NCBI GenBank assembly: GCA_050253415.1
Contig: JBFWJC010000008.1
Location: 32,001 to 96,000 of the forward strand
Source of the DNA: Pedobacter sp.
Lineage (GTDB): Bacteria > Desulfobacterota > Desulfuromonadia > Desulfuromonadales > Syntrophotaleaceae
Direction of reading: 5' to 3'
DNA length: 64,000 nucleotides
Part shown: one piece after another, positions 32,695-42,847 of the stretch
How the letters are laid out: each line of letters begins with the position of its first letter
Numbering within the stretch: position 1 is the first letter of the stretch
Made by a program: the position numbers and the translations under genes
Notes under the pieces: model-generated
Told to the model about the DNA's origin: nothing
The model's database searches: none
Seen by the model: only the letters and a program-made list of their open reading frames with translations

Positions 32695-34320
32695 CTATCC
32701 GGAATGAGCATCGAGTAAACGTCCTTCCAGAAGCGCTTTTTCCATGGCCAACCCGGCTTGGGAGAGAAAGATCTCAAGTGCTTCGGTATTGCCGACAGGA
32801 CGGTGTTCCGGCAAATTGTCACCATACAGGATCGCTACGACACGCCCCTCACTGACAATCGGGCCCAGAAAAATTTCTTCGGGAATCTTCCCGCCAAGTG
32901 CCTTGCATAAAAACTTATCCCATTCCCCGTTATCAAAACGAGCGCGCATGGGGCTTGGATGACTCAGTATACGTCCAAAAATCGAATCACCATTGCAGGG
33001 GATGACAATATTCCGAATCACTTCATCCGTGGCCCCCGATGGCAAGGTCACGCCAAATTGACCGATCCCAACAACATTATGTTCTTTGACGGAAAAAATA
33101 ACCGCGCGATTCATTACCTCACTGGCGAAACGCAACGCCAGCAAGATAATACCTCCACCGAGGGCGGGATTATGCAACTCTTCAAGCATCCCCTTAAGCA
33201 GATGCAATCCAGGCGAATTGCGAAATGGCGATGGATCAGCTAATATTTGCCGACTTTCCGCTTGCTCATCATCAACGTCCTGGATTCCATGTGGCAAGAT
33301 TGTGACGGGGACATCGGTAGAGTTAATCGCGGAAAAAAGCGTTTGTCCCAGTGCTGCAAGCGCCCGCTTCCCGGTTTCCTGGCGCATATCCAGATTCCGC
33401 GGTTTGGAAAAGATTTCAGGCATGCCCATGTCCCAGACCTTACTTTCAGCATCGGAACAACGGTGATCCGAAAGAGGCAAGACACGCATGTCCGGATAGG
33501 TACGGCAAACCTTTTCCAACAATTCGAGGCCGCCAAGCATCCCCTCACCATTCAAACGTGGCATGATAAGATCAATCACTGCCACCGGCTGAACACCTAC
33601 CAGGCGGGCCTTTTTCAGGCTGATCCAGAAATCTGCGGCCGTCTCGAATAATTCAATGGTCATGCCCCGATTTCTGAAGTAATCTCCCAATTCCTGTCGC
33701 AAACACGGATCATCATCGACAAGCCACACCGGAGCCTTGGTTAAATTTCCCGTTTCCGCGCTGTCATCCTCGCAGGAGGTGTTGTCGTCCGCCACGGTCG
33801 AAGTATGCCGGTCGGGTGTATCTCCGGCTTTGCTTTCATCCGCTAAATCCGGACCTTGATGACCAAGACCTTGACCAAGCAACAGGTGATTGTTGCCCTC
33901 GGCTGGTGGCAGGGCCGTTTCGCCCTCCCACAGTTCAAAGGAAAAAGCTCCCTCTCCCCACGAGCCTAATTCCCCCAGAAATTTTTCTGCCAACAGCAGG
34001 GAAATACGCTTCACTTCCCCCACGGAAACCCCGTAGTGTTTTATCAGCAACTGCCCCAGATGGGGCGCGCCTGTTTCCGAAAGCATCGCCACAGCTGTAT
34101 CGAGGGAAGCGGGGTCGAGTATCGCCTGTCGTTGCAACTCTGCAACCAGTGCGGGCACAACCAGATCGGACGACAGTCGTACAACTTCGCCATGCCAGAA
34201 GGCAATCGTCCACTCCTGTCCGTGGCCACTTACCGTCAAATATCCGGATTTACGACTAAGATGGATGATCTTCAGGATGTCATCCAAGCTTAGATCTGCC
34301 AACTGGCCGACCAAACTCAT
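32695..34320 (-). CDS. DUF4388-like N-domain + receiver + GAF-like protein
   Basis: MSLVGQLADLSLDDILKIIHLSRKSG...WGEGAFSF; receiver LVDDD/IDLIMP; C-terminal ILYGDN. Confidence 0.75.
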   Translation of the reverse strand: MSLVGQLADLSLDDILKIIHLSRKSGYLTVSGHGQEWTIAFWHGEVVRLSSDLVVPALVAELQRQAILDPASLDTAVAMLSETGAPHLGQLLIKHYGVSVGEVKRISLLLAEKFLGELGSWGEGAFSFELWEGETALPPAEGNNHLLLGQGLGHQGPDLADESKAGDTPDRHTSTVADDNTSCEDDSAETGNLTKAPVWLVDDDPCLRQELGDYFRNRGMTIELFETAADFWISLKKARLVGVQPVAVIDLIMPRLNGEGMLGGLELLEKVCRTYPDMRVLPLSDHRCSDAESKVWDMGMPEIFSKPRNLDMRQETGKRALAALGQTLFSAINSTDVPVTILPHGIQDVDDEQAESRQILADPSPFRNSPGLHLLKGMLEELHNPALGGGIILLALRFASEVMNRAVIFSVKEHNVVGIGQFGVTLPSGATDEVIRNIVIPCNGDSIFGRILSHPSPMRARFDNGEWDKFLCKALGGKIPEEIFLGPIVSEGRVVAILYGDNLPEHRPVGNTEALEIFLSQAGLAMEKALLEGRLLDAHSG

Positions 34321-34412
34321 GAATCCACCTCTCTTGAGACAAACCTACGGGCACGTTTTTTCATACTAACCAGGCTAATTCACAAGTGTCATCACAACAC
34401 CTGGAATATCGA

Positions 34413-35732
34413 TCATTCACGCGACCCTCTATCCTTGAAGGTCAAGCGAATGGGGCAGCCTTCGAATCCAAAGGCCTCACGAAGCTTATTGGTCAGATAG
34501 CGTTCATAGGAAAAATGCACCCCGGTAGCCCGGTTGCCAAAGACAACAAACGAAGGGGGGCGCACACCGGTCTGGGTCATATAGTAAAACTTCAGGCGCT
34601 TGCCTTGCACCATGGGGGGAGCATGCGAGATCACCGCCTCTTCAAGTACCCTGTTAAGCGGACCGGTTGGTATCTGGCGATTGAATTCTTCGGCAACCTT
34701 TTCCACATCGGCCATAATTTTGGAGACCCGCTGGCCACTCAGAGCCGAGACAAACAGGATGGGCGCATAAGGCAAAAACTTGAAAGCCATTCGCACCTTT
34801 TCGGTGTACTGCTTCATGGTCCCCTGGTCTTTCTGCACAAGGTCCCACTTGTTAACCACCAGGATAACCGCCCTGCCACGCTCCAGGGCATAACCCGCAA
34901 TGGTCAAATCCTGCTCGGTCACACCCTCCTCGGCGTCGATAACCACCAACACCACATGCGCCCGTTCCATCGATTTGAGCGCATGGATAACGCTGTATTT
35001 TTCCAATTTCTGCTGAACGCGTCCCTTGCGACGGATACCCGCCGTGTCGATCAGCACATAGCGCTTTTTATTGTACACAAAAGGTGTGTCGATACTGTCG
35101 CGGGTGGTACCGGCGGTCGGATTGGCCACCAGCCTTTCCGCTCCGATCATACGGTTGATAAGAGACGATTTGCCGACATTGGGTCGGCCGATAACGGCAA
35201 GCCGGGTCTCTTCAGTGTCTTTGGAGTCGAACTTGGCCGATGCCGGAAGCGCTTTGATCACGGCATCGATCAAACCATCCATACCGCGGCCATGCTCGGC
35301 GGAAACGGTATGAAGTTCCTCTACTCCCAAGGCATAAAATTCAGTTGCGGCCGTTTCCTGCGAAGTACCATCAACCTTATTCACCACATACAACACGGGC
35401 TTGCCGCAACGGCGCAGCATATCGGCCACTTCATGATCCGACGGAGTCAACCCCTCCTTGGCATCCACCACAAACAGGATAACATCCGCTTCTTCAACCG
35501 CGAGTTGCGATTGCTCGCGCATTTGCGTCAACAAGCGGTCTTCACTGGCCGGCTCGAAACCGCCGGTATCGATCAAAACGAAAGGTGTATCGTAACGCGT
35601 TATTTGAGCATAGTTCCGGTCACGGGTAACGCCGGGAAAGTTCTCGACGATAGCCCGCCTGGTACCGAGGATGCGATTAAAAAGGGTCGATTTGCCGACA
35701 TTTGGACGTCCGACGATTGCAACTACAGACAT
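34413..35732 (-). CDS. der: Ribosome biogenesis GTPase Der
   Basis: Two GRPNVGKS P-loops, DTGG/DTAG, NKVD/NKWD. Confidence 0.97.
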   Translation of the reverse strand: MSVVAIVGRPNVGKSTLFNRILGTRRAIVENFPGVTRDRNYAQITRYDTPFVLIDTGGFEPASEDRLLTQMREQSQLAVEEADVILFVVDAKEGLTPSDHEVADMLRRCGKPVLYVVNKVDGTSQETAATEFYALGVEELHTVSAEHGRGMDGLIDAVIKALPASAKFDSKDTEETRLAVIGRPNVGKSSLINRMIGAERLVANPTAGTTRDSIDTPFVYNKKRYVLIDTAGIRRKGRVQQKLEKYSVIHALKSMERAHVVLVVIDAEEGVTEQDLTIAGYALERGRAVILVVNKWDLVQKDQGTMKQYTEKVRMAFKFLPYAPILFVSALSGQRVSKIMADVEKVAEEFNRQIPTGPLNRVLEEAVISHAPPMVQGKRLKFYYMTQTGVRPPSFVVFGNRATGVHFSYERYLTNKLREAFGFEGCPIRLTFKDRGSRE

Positions 35733-35795
35733 TTTCGAAACCTATCATGTTATGTAACACACAGAAAACGACCTGGCTCTTTGCCGATGCGACTC

Positions 35796-36707
35796 TTATT
35801 CGTAACCAAACCGTTTAAGCTGCCGGCGCTGTTCCGTCCAGTTCTTTTCCACCTTGACCAGCAGGTCGAGAAAAACCCGGGTACCCAGCATGCGCTCAAT
35901 ATCGTATCGCGCCGCCTTGCCGATGGTTTTGATCTTTTCCCCGCCACGGCCCAGCACAATCTTCCTGTGCCCTTCTCGCGACACGTAAATACATGCTTCG
36001 ATCACCACCAGGTTTTTTTCGGGCTTTTCCTCAAAAACTTCAACCTCGACCGCCACCCCGTGGGGAATTTCCTGCTGAGTTTGCTTGAGAATCTGTTCGC
36101 GAATCATTTCCGCAGCAATGAAACGCTCCGGCATATCGGTAACCATATCGTCGGCATAATAGTGTGGCCCTTCCGGAAGATACTTGACCAGAGTAGAGGC
36201 CAGTTTATCGGTCCCTTCGCCGGTAAGCGCGGAAACCGGTAAAATCTCGGCAAAAGGAAACTTGCGGGAATAGAGCTCGATAAGGGGCAGCAAATCCTCG
36301 CGCTTCACCAGGTCAATCTTGTTGATGATCAGGATTACCGGGACCTTGCTGCGAGCTACCTGCTCCAACACATAATTATCGCCACCGCCTGGCGGATCGT
36401 TGGCTTCCACCAGAAAGAGCGCAATATCCACATCACCGCAAGTGCTCAAAGCCTGCTCTACCATATAGCGATTAAGCAGACCTTTTGCTTTATGCACCCC
36501 GGGAGTATCGAGAAACAACAGTTGCGCATCGGGAAGGTTGCATATACCTAGAATGCGATTGCGCGTTGTCTGCGGTTTGTTCGAGGTTATGGCGATCTTC
36601 TGCCCAAGGACAGAATTCAACAAAGTCGATTTACCCACGTTGGGCCGCCCCATAATGGCGATAAAACCGGAGCGGAAGACCTTTTCAGACCCGTTGTCGT
36701 TTTTCAA
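35796..36707 (-). CDS. era: GTPase Era
   Basis: [26 protein letters not shown] domain; TTG start after GGGAG. Confidence 0.96.
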   Translation of the reverse strand: MKNDNGSEKVFRSGFIAIMGRPNVGKSTLLNSVLGQKIAITSNKPQTTRNRILGICNLPDAQLLFLDTPGVHKAKGLLNRYMVEQALSTCGDVDIALFLVEANDPPGGGDNYVLEQVARSKVPVILIINKIDLVKREDLLPLIELYSRKFPFAEILPVSALTGEGTDKLASTLVKYLPEGPHYYADDMVTDMPERFIAAEMIREQILKQTQQEIPHGVAVEVEVFEEKPEKNLVVIEACIYVSREGHRKIVLGRGGEKIKTIGKAARYDIERMLGTRVFLDLLVKVEKNWTEQRRQLKRFGYE

Positions 36708-36711
36708 GGTA

Positions 36712-37788
36712 TTATAAACTCCCGATAAAAGCTGGTGTTCCATCATCCATGGAACCAGCAGCGGTTGATAATGGTTGCAAATAGCGGGCCTGCGACATGA
36801 CATCGCAGTGCCTCCCATCCATAACGAAGGTTTCCCGCGTCAGACCGTCTTGGGCTACAATATCAAAAGAACCGAACCGATGCAGTAAATAGTCGATATT
36901 TGCCCTGCGGTGACCAAGAGCGTCACTCAGATCCGCAAAAGCGACCTGCACCTGACGATTTATTGACTCCGTAGCAGCAGCCTCCAAGGCACGGCGCCAA
37001 AGTCGCGACCGGACCAACTGACCAAAAGCCGGATGGTAAGGACCATCGATAATAGCCGAGCCACTGTCCAACTCATGTGAAGACTGCAGTCCCAAGCGGA
37101 TAACCGGCATAGCTGCGACACGGCAATGCCACAAAAGCTCCGCACACAACTCAACAGCCCCATCGAGGGTCAACGGCACGAAGTCCCCCTGCCGCCACGA
37201 ATGTTCCAAAGCCGTTCCAGCCAATACCACGGTTGGGTAGATACGCAAAAAATCCGGTCGCAAACTCAGGGCCTGAGCCAGCGAATAACGCGCCTCGGCA
37301 AAACTCCCTCCGGGCAATCCCGGCATCAACTGCAGCCCCACACGCATGCCCTCGTTACGTAACCGCGTTACGGATAGCTCGGCGTCACGGGGTCCGTGAC
37401 CACGCTGCGAAAGGTGCAGTACCTCGGAAGAAAACGACTGGCAACCAAGCTCCACGGTTGTTACCCCAGCCATTTTAAGACGGACGGCAACCTCGGAATC
37501 ACACGCATCCGGGCGCGTCGAGATCCGGATACCGGCAACCTGTCCCGCACGAATAAATGGTTCAACGCATGCCAGATAGTCCCTCTGCAAAGTGTCGTCA
37601 AGCAGAGTAAAACTGCCACCGTAAAAGGCTACTTCACCACAACCATGGGGTGGCAATATGGCAGCGAGCTGTTGCGATACTTGCGCAGGAGTGAGAGCGG
37701 AAGCAACACCGCTGATCCGGTTCTGTTGACAAAAAACACAGCGTTGCTGGCAACCATAATGAGGGATAAAAAAAGGAAAGATCATCAT
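36712..37788 (-). CDS. Elp3/YhcC-like radical SAM protein
   Basis: FIPHYGCQQRCVFC, AFYGGSFT, ISTRPD, LRIYPTVV, GPYHPAFG. Confidence 0.85.
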   Translation of the reverse strand: MMIFPFFIPHYGCQQRCVFCQQNRISGVASALTPAQVSQQLAAILPPHGCGEVAFYGGSFTLLDDTLQRDYLACVEPFIRAGQVAGIRISTRPDACDSEVAVRLKMAGVTTVELGCQSFSSEVLHLSQRGHGPRDAELSVTRLRNEGMRVGLQLMPGLPGGSFAEARYSLAQALSLRPDFLRIYPTVVLAGTALEHSWRQGDFVPLTLDGAVELCAELLWHCRVAAMPVIRLGLQSSHELDSGSAIIDGPYHPAFGQLVRSRLWRRALEAAATESINRQVQVAFADLSDALGHRRANIDYLLHRFGSFDIVAQDGLTRETFVMDGRHCDVMSQARYLQPLSTAAGSMDDGTPAFIGSL

Positions 37789-37859
37789 ATCCAGTGTCCC
37801 GGACCATGCTGATTGATGTGTTCCTGCAACCGCCTATGTGTAGCCATTTTGCTCCGTAT

Positions 37860-38558
37860 TCACCCGCCAAAATGCTCTAAAGCCTGCTTGGCAGCAGCCT
37901 GCTCAGCAGATTTTTTGCTGTGCCCCTGTCCCTGACCGATGGATGATCCCCGAAAATGGACCTCAACCGTGTAGGATCTCTGATGAGGTGGTCCCTCCGA
38001 GCGAACCAGGACATAATTGGGAACTTCACCGAATTGGGCTTGCAGCCGCTCTTGAAGACGTGTTTTGTAGTCGACTCCTGCCTTGCGACGCGCTGCGTTC
38101 TTAATGCTCTCGGAAAACAGGGATTCGATGACCTGCCTGACGCATTCAAAGCCACCATCGCAAAACACAGCGCCAAGTAATGCTTCCATGGTATTGGCAA
38201 GCAGACTGCTTTTACGACGCCCTCCGCTGCGTTCCTCACCCTTGCCCAGATGCATGTAATCGCCCAGCCCAATGGCCTTACCGATGGCAAACAAGCCTTT
38301 TTCGCTGACGACCTCGGAGCGAATGCGGGTCAACTCGCCTTCAGGGAATTGCTCAAAAGAACGAAACACATAATGACTGACAACCAGACCCAGCACCGCA
38401 TCGCCGAGAAACTCAAGTCTTTCGTTATCGGGAGCTGACCGATCGCTCTGTTCATTGCTGAACGATTTATGCGAAAGGGCTTCCTGAAGGAGCGCCTTAT
38501 CGACAAACTCGTAATGGATGGTTTTTTCCAGCAACTCAGCACTTTTAACTTCGACCAA
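37860..38558 (-). CDS. rnc: Ribonuclease III
   Basis: NERLEFLGDAVL signature, dsRBD DYKTRLQE...SKKSAEQ. Confidence 0.96.
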   Translation of the reverse strand: MVEVKSAELLEKTIHYEFVDKALLQEALSHKSFSNEQSDRSAPDNERLEFLGDAVLGLVVSHYVFRSFEQFPEGELTRIRSEVVSEKGLFAIGKAIGLGDYMHLGKGEERSGGRRKSSLLANTMEALLGAVFCDGGFECVRQVIESLFSESIKNAARRKAGVDYKTRLQERLQAQFGEVPNYVLVRSEGPPHQRSYTVEVHFRGSSIGQGQGHSKKSAEQAAAKQALEHFGG

Positions 38559-38927
38559 AAGAATCCCTCCGGACGGTGTCAAACTACACGTACAAATACA
38601 CGAGACCGTAGTATAAACGAACCAACGACATGATCGCAACGCTTGCGGCATACAACTACTCAGCCCAGCGTCAATCAGCCTTGCTTGCCAGATTCATGGA
38701 CCTTGTCGCGGAACGAGGATATGTGCGAAGAATTACGCCAGCCTGATGAAAGAGCAATGTAAGTGATGTGCGAAACGTTGCATCGCCAATATTTATGCCC
38801 GTCGTATTGAACGACTGTACTGAGCAAAAAAATACCGATACAAGCCCAGCACGCCAGGCCACGAACATTTGCATCAAGAAACTATATGAAAACTATATGG
38901 AATAGTCCACCCGGTAAGTATGCCAGA

Positions 38928-38965
38928 AAAAAAACAAAAAGGGCTGGCCATATATGCCAACCCTT
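38928..38965 (-). terminator. Terminator after the tRNA-Pro/Arg pair
   Basis: AAGGGCTGGC...GCCAACCCTT hairpin next to long A-tract. Confidence 0.65.
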
Positions 38966-38973
38966 AAACTCTC

Positions 38974-39050
38974 TGGCGCGCCAGGAAGGACTCGAACCCT
39001 CGACCCTGTGATTAGAAGTCACATGCTCTATCCAGCTGAGCTACTGGCGC
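38974..39050 (-). tRNA. tRNA-Arg(TCT)
   Basis: GCGCCAG/CTGGCGC acceptor stem, anticodon loop ctTCTaa, encoded CCA. Confidence 0.96.
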
Positions 39051-39055
39051 TTAAA

Positions 39056-39132
<77 letters not shown>

Positions 39133-39257
39133 ACAAGAACGAATCTTCTATCATGCGATGGTTATATTTGCAACCTAAAAGACTCCATTCAGCATTTTTT
39201 TATTAGCTTGCGAGCAACTCCTCAAGACAAGACCTCTCAGCGCATCCCCTTTGCATC

Positions 39258-40094
39258 TCAGTATAGCGCCTTAAACCAGACATTCATGCTTTCCTGTCGA
39301 CCACAGATCTGGGTGTTGTTGCGCAGCGTACCGCCAAACCGGTACCCCATGCGGGAAAAGGTAATGTTCATACCGTACGAATAGGCCCTGGCGATGGTGA
39401 ATGCCGTGCGGATGCCATCTGAACGAATCGCTCGCTCCATACTTGCCAGAAGAATCTGAGCCAGCCCCATCCCGCGGAAAGAGGACAGCGTAGCAAAGTC
39501 CGTCATTTCGGCATGCCTTGCTCCCCGATCCATTTCAGCCGAGGCCAAAGCTACCAACCGACCATCGTGCCAGACGCCAAAGTAGCGCACATTATCACGC
39601 ATGGTATCCCGCAGATAACCTGGATCGTGGATAGGAAATGGATAGCTGGCAAAAACCTCTTTGTAGACCGCCGCGGCCGCTTCGACATCTGCTTCAATCA
39701 ATGGCCGCAATTCGGCTCCTTGCGGCAACGCAGGCAACCCGCCATTCGACTGGGTCGCAGCTTTGGCGAGGACATCTTTCACCAACTTCGGCTCACGTTC
39801 AACCGAGCGCTCGGAATGCAGGAACTTGCCCAGCAGCACCCCCTCCTCCCGGCCATGAAACAATTGCGGCACGCGCGCCTCGGCCCGATAACCATTATCC
39901 AGAAAATCCTGACTGACGCTGGCCGGAACCTTGGCAAAAATCTTGGAATATCCTTCGCGAAATGCCAAAGCGTCGAGTTCATCGACAATTTCCGGACAAT
40001 CCGCAGGAGAGATTTTCATAAGATAGATGCGCTCGCTATTTTCACCATGCTGGATCAGGGAACTGCCGATGCGTTCCATGCGATCAATCATCAC
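39258..40094 (-). CDS. ablB: Putative beta-lysine N-acetyltransferase (GNAT)
   Basis: [48 protein letters not shown]; overlaps the aminomutase stop. Confidence 0.88.
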   Translation of the reverse strand: MMIDRMERIGSSLIQHGENSERIYLMKISPADCPEIVDELDALAFREGYSKIFAKVPASVSQDFLDNGYRAEARVPQLFHGREEGVLLGKFLHSERSVEREPKLVKDVLAKAATQSNGGLPALPQGAELRPLIEADVEAAAAVYKEVFASYPFPIHDPGYLRDTMRDNVRYFGVWHDGRLVALASAEMDRGARHAEMTDFATLSSFRGMGLAQILLASMERAIRSDGIRTAFTIARAYSYGMNITFSRMGYRFGGTLRNNTQICGRQESMNVWFKALY

Positions 40095-41388
40095 TCCTCC
40101 TGTCCATCCGGTCGGTATCCTCCGGCGTCAGGGAAATGGTATCGTCGTGGTCCGACAGCAACTTGACGATGCCGGTCGCCTGGCATTCGTCCGCGCCCTT
40201 GAGCTTGAGCTGAAGGTGGCAATCGTTGCAGCGACGATCGCAGAAAATCGGCTCGTAGCTATGCGGCTCCTGATAGGTAGTGATAACCCCTTCGTAATTT
40301 CGCAACACCACTTTATTCGTGGACAGAGAAATCAGATAGTTCGGATTGAGAGGAATCTTACCGCCGCCGCCCGGCGCATCCACCACGTAAGTGGGGATGG
40401 CAAAACCGCTGGTATGCCCAATGAGATTCTCCATAATTTCAATCCCTTTACCAATGGGCGTACGAAAATGCGCCAGACCTTCGGAAAGATCACACTGGTA
40501 CAGGTAGTAGGGTCGCACCCGATTATCAACCAACCGATGTACCAGCTCCTTGATAATACGCGGGCAATCGTTTACCCCGGCCAACAGCACCGTCTGATTT
40601 CCCAGAGGGAACCCTGCATCAGCCAGCTTGCGCAAAGCGGTTCGTGCCGACGATGTAAGCTCACGAGAGTGATTGAAATGGGTATTGATCCACAAGGGTT
40701 GATGCTTGCGCAGCATGTTGACCAGATCATCGGTAATCCGGCAGGGCAGCACCACTGGCATACGCGTACCGATGCGCACAACCTGAACATGGGGAATACG
40801 CCGCAACTCCGTGAGAATCCAGTCGAGATGATCGTCAGACAACATCAGGGGGTCGCCCCCGGATAACAGCACATCGCGAATCTGGGGCGTTCTGGCAATA
40901 TAATCCAGGCCCTGCAGGATTTCATCCCTGCCCGGGATGGAATCCTGGTCCCCGACCTTACGTTTCCGCGTACAGTGCCGACAATACATCGCACACAGGT
41001 TGCTTACGTGAAACAGAACCCGGTCGGGATAACGATGGGTGATTCCGGGGGCGGGGCTGTCCTTGTCTTCCGCCAAAGGATCCGCCATCTCGCGAGAATC
41101 CGTTTCCAACTCTTGGGGTGCGGGAAATGACTGGATAAAAACCGGATCATTTTGATAATCCGAGAAATCAATAAGAGACAGGTAGTAAGGTGTTATGGCA
41201 AGGGGAAATTTTTCAAGGGTTAAAGCAATGCTCTTACGAAAGTCCTGATCAAACTCGATACCAGCTATACGTTCAAACGTTTTGACATCTTTGATTGCAT
41301 GTTTTACATGCCAGCGCCAATCCTCCCAATTTTTAGTAAAAGTGTCCTCAAAACCGATTTTTTTAGCTATCTTCCTCTCAACTTTCAA
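40084..41388 (-). CDS. ablA: Lysine 2,3-aminomutase (radical SAM/PLP)
   Basis: [39 protein letters not shown]; coupled to ablB. Confidence 0.92.
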   Translation of the reverse strand: MKVERKIAKKIGFEDTFTKNWEDWRWHVKHAIKDVKTFERIAGIEFDQDFRKSIALTLEKFPLAITPYYLSLIDFSDYQNDPVFIQSFPAPQELETDSREMADPLAEDKDSPAPGITHRYPDRVLFHVSNLCAMYCRHCTRKRKVGDQDSIPGRDEILQGLDYIARTPQIRDVLLSGGDPLMLSDDHLDWILTELRRIPHVQVVRIGTRMPVVLPCRITDDLVNMLRKHQPLWINTHFNHSRELTSSARTALRKLADAGFPLGNQTVLLAGVNDCPRIIKELVHRLVDNRVRPYYLYQCDLSEGLAHFRTPIGKGIEIMENLIGHTSGFAIPTYVVDAPGGGGKIPLNPNYLISLSTNKVVLRNYEGVITTYQEPHSYEPIFCDRRCNDCHLQLKLKGADECQATGIVKLLSDHDDTISLTPEDTDRMDRRSDD

Positions 41389-42223
41389 AAGAATTATCTT
41401 TCTCCCTTCATGATTAAAATTCTTCTAAAGATATTACATTTCCACTTCGATGTCAAATTCGGCCATTCACAACAATTATTTACGTTAATTTGAAATTCTC
41501 GTAAAATCTTCTAACTGTTATAAAATTAATGGGTTTTTTCAATTTCAGCGTGAATGGCAATTTTTATATTTTCAATCATATACCATTAAACTTTTTACGA
41601 CCTAAATAGAGACGATTGAAAACCAAATATTTTACATATTCATACATTCAAAAAGCTAGTTCATAACTTATAAAAACAACAAGCACTATCGGTCAGAAAC
41701 ATTACAGCCCACAGCCATACCCGGACACAAGCCGAGAACAAGAAATAAATCTCAGTGTTCGCCAATCAACCGCGATCTGAATCGCCCATCCCCGCTCCAA
41801 CAAGCCAGGCCAAACAAAGCGAACCCACCCCGAGAAACAATCTCCAAGCATTATGCCTGACCTTGAACATAAGAATAACATTATCGAAATGTTACACATA
41901 GTGGCACGCAACAGGATCACTACTTACTTCAAGTATATTGAGAAGTAATTGACACAAGATATTGTTTTATCATTGTTTTTAATTTTAAACAGGATACAGA
42001 AGGACTGATATTAACAAATTTATGTTACATATCAAGTAGACATTAGAAACTTACCAGACAGCTACCTCAGGTACTGACGCCTCCAAAAAGGCGGTACCCA
42101 TAGCCCTATTGAAGAACGAACCAGGACGAAAAGGAAATGAACGAGACAAAAACGAGGGGGAAGAATAACGATGAAGCACACAAGGAGCCAGGACCAGCTA
42201 TATGAAACCTTGTCGGCGAGCCT

Positions 42224-42847
42224 TTACAGAATATGCTTTTTACGGGCAACCGCCACGGCTTCCATGCGATTGTTGACTTCCAGCTTCTTAAAAATTCTTT
42301 GCACGTGCGTTTTGATGGTTTCGATACTGACAAAATTAATCTGGGCTATATTTTTCAATACACGGATTTCGGTCTTGGTCAGGTTATGCTCGCAACTGTC
42401 ACCTTCCTCATCCTGCATTTGGCGCCACTTTATCGCAAGATTCAAAAGATAAGGCGAGTGACATTCTCTTCCCTCAGCAAAATCCTCAATAATCTTTATC
42501 AGTTCATCAATTTTTGTATTTTTTGCGACATAACCGTTGGCTCCTTCGAGCATGGCCTCCTGAACATATTCTTTCTTGGTATAAGTGGACAGCACGATGA
42601 TCTTCAGATCCGGCAGTGTCTTGCGCAACACGCGGATGGCTTCTATACCTGACAACCCCGGCATATCAACATCCATAAGCACAACATCCGGCGGGTTTTC
42701 ATTGATGGCATTGACCGCATCAAAACCGTTATCCGCTTCACCCACAATTTTGATGTGTTGCTTCGACTCGAGATACATACTCAAGCCGATACGCAGAATG
42801 GGATGGTCATCGGCTATAAAAACCGTTACGGGTCTCGTTTCATTCAT
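42224..42847 (-). CDS. NarL/LuxR-family response regulator with apparently shortened HTH
   Basis: IADDHPILR, LMDVDMP, VLST, YVAK; C-terminal ETIKTHVQRIFKKLEVNNRMEAV. Confidence 0.9.
   Translation of the reverse strand: MNETRPVTVFIADDHPILRIGLSMYLESKQHIKIVGEADNGFDAVNAINENPPDVVLMDVDMPGLSGIEAIRVLRKTLPDLKIIVLSTYTKKEYVQEAMLEGANGYVAKNTKIDELIKIIEDFAEGRECHSPYLLNLAIKWRQMQDEEGDSCEHNLTKTEIRVLKNIAQINFVSIETIKTHVQRIFKKLEVNNRMEAVAVARKKHIL

Noticed and set aside
34386..36242. 618-aa plus-strand ORF
   Set aside because: Antisense shadow of der and era
38878..38899. Tandem AAACTATATG repeat downstream of tRNA-Arg
   Set aside because: Only two short copies with no supporting context
40084..41388. EpmB (EF-P modification) or lysine-fermentation KamA
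   Set aside because: No efp/epmA or fermentation genes adjacent; it is coupled to an AblB-type acetyltransferase
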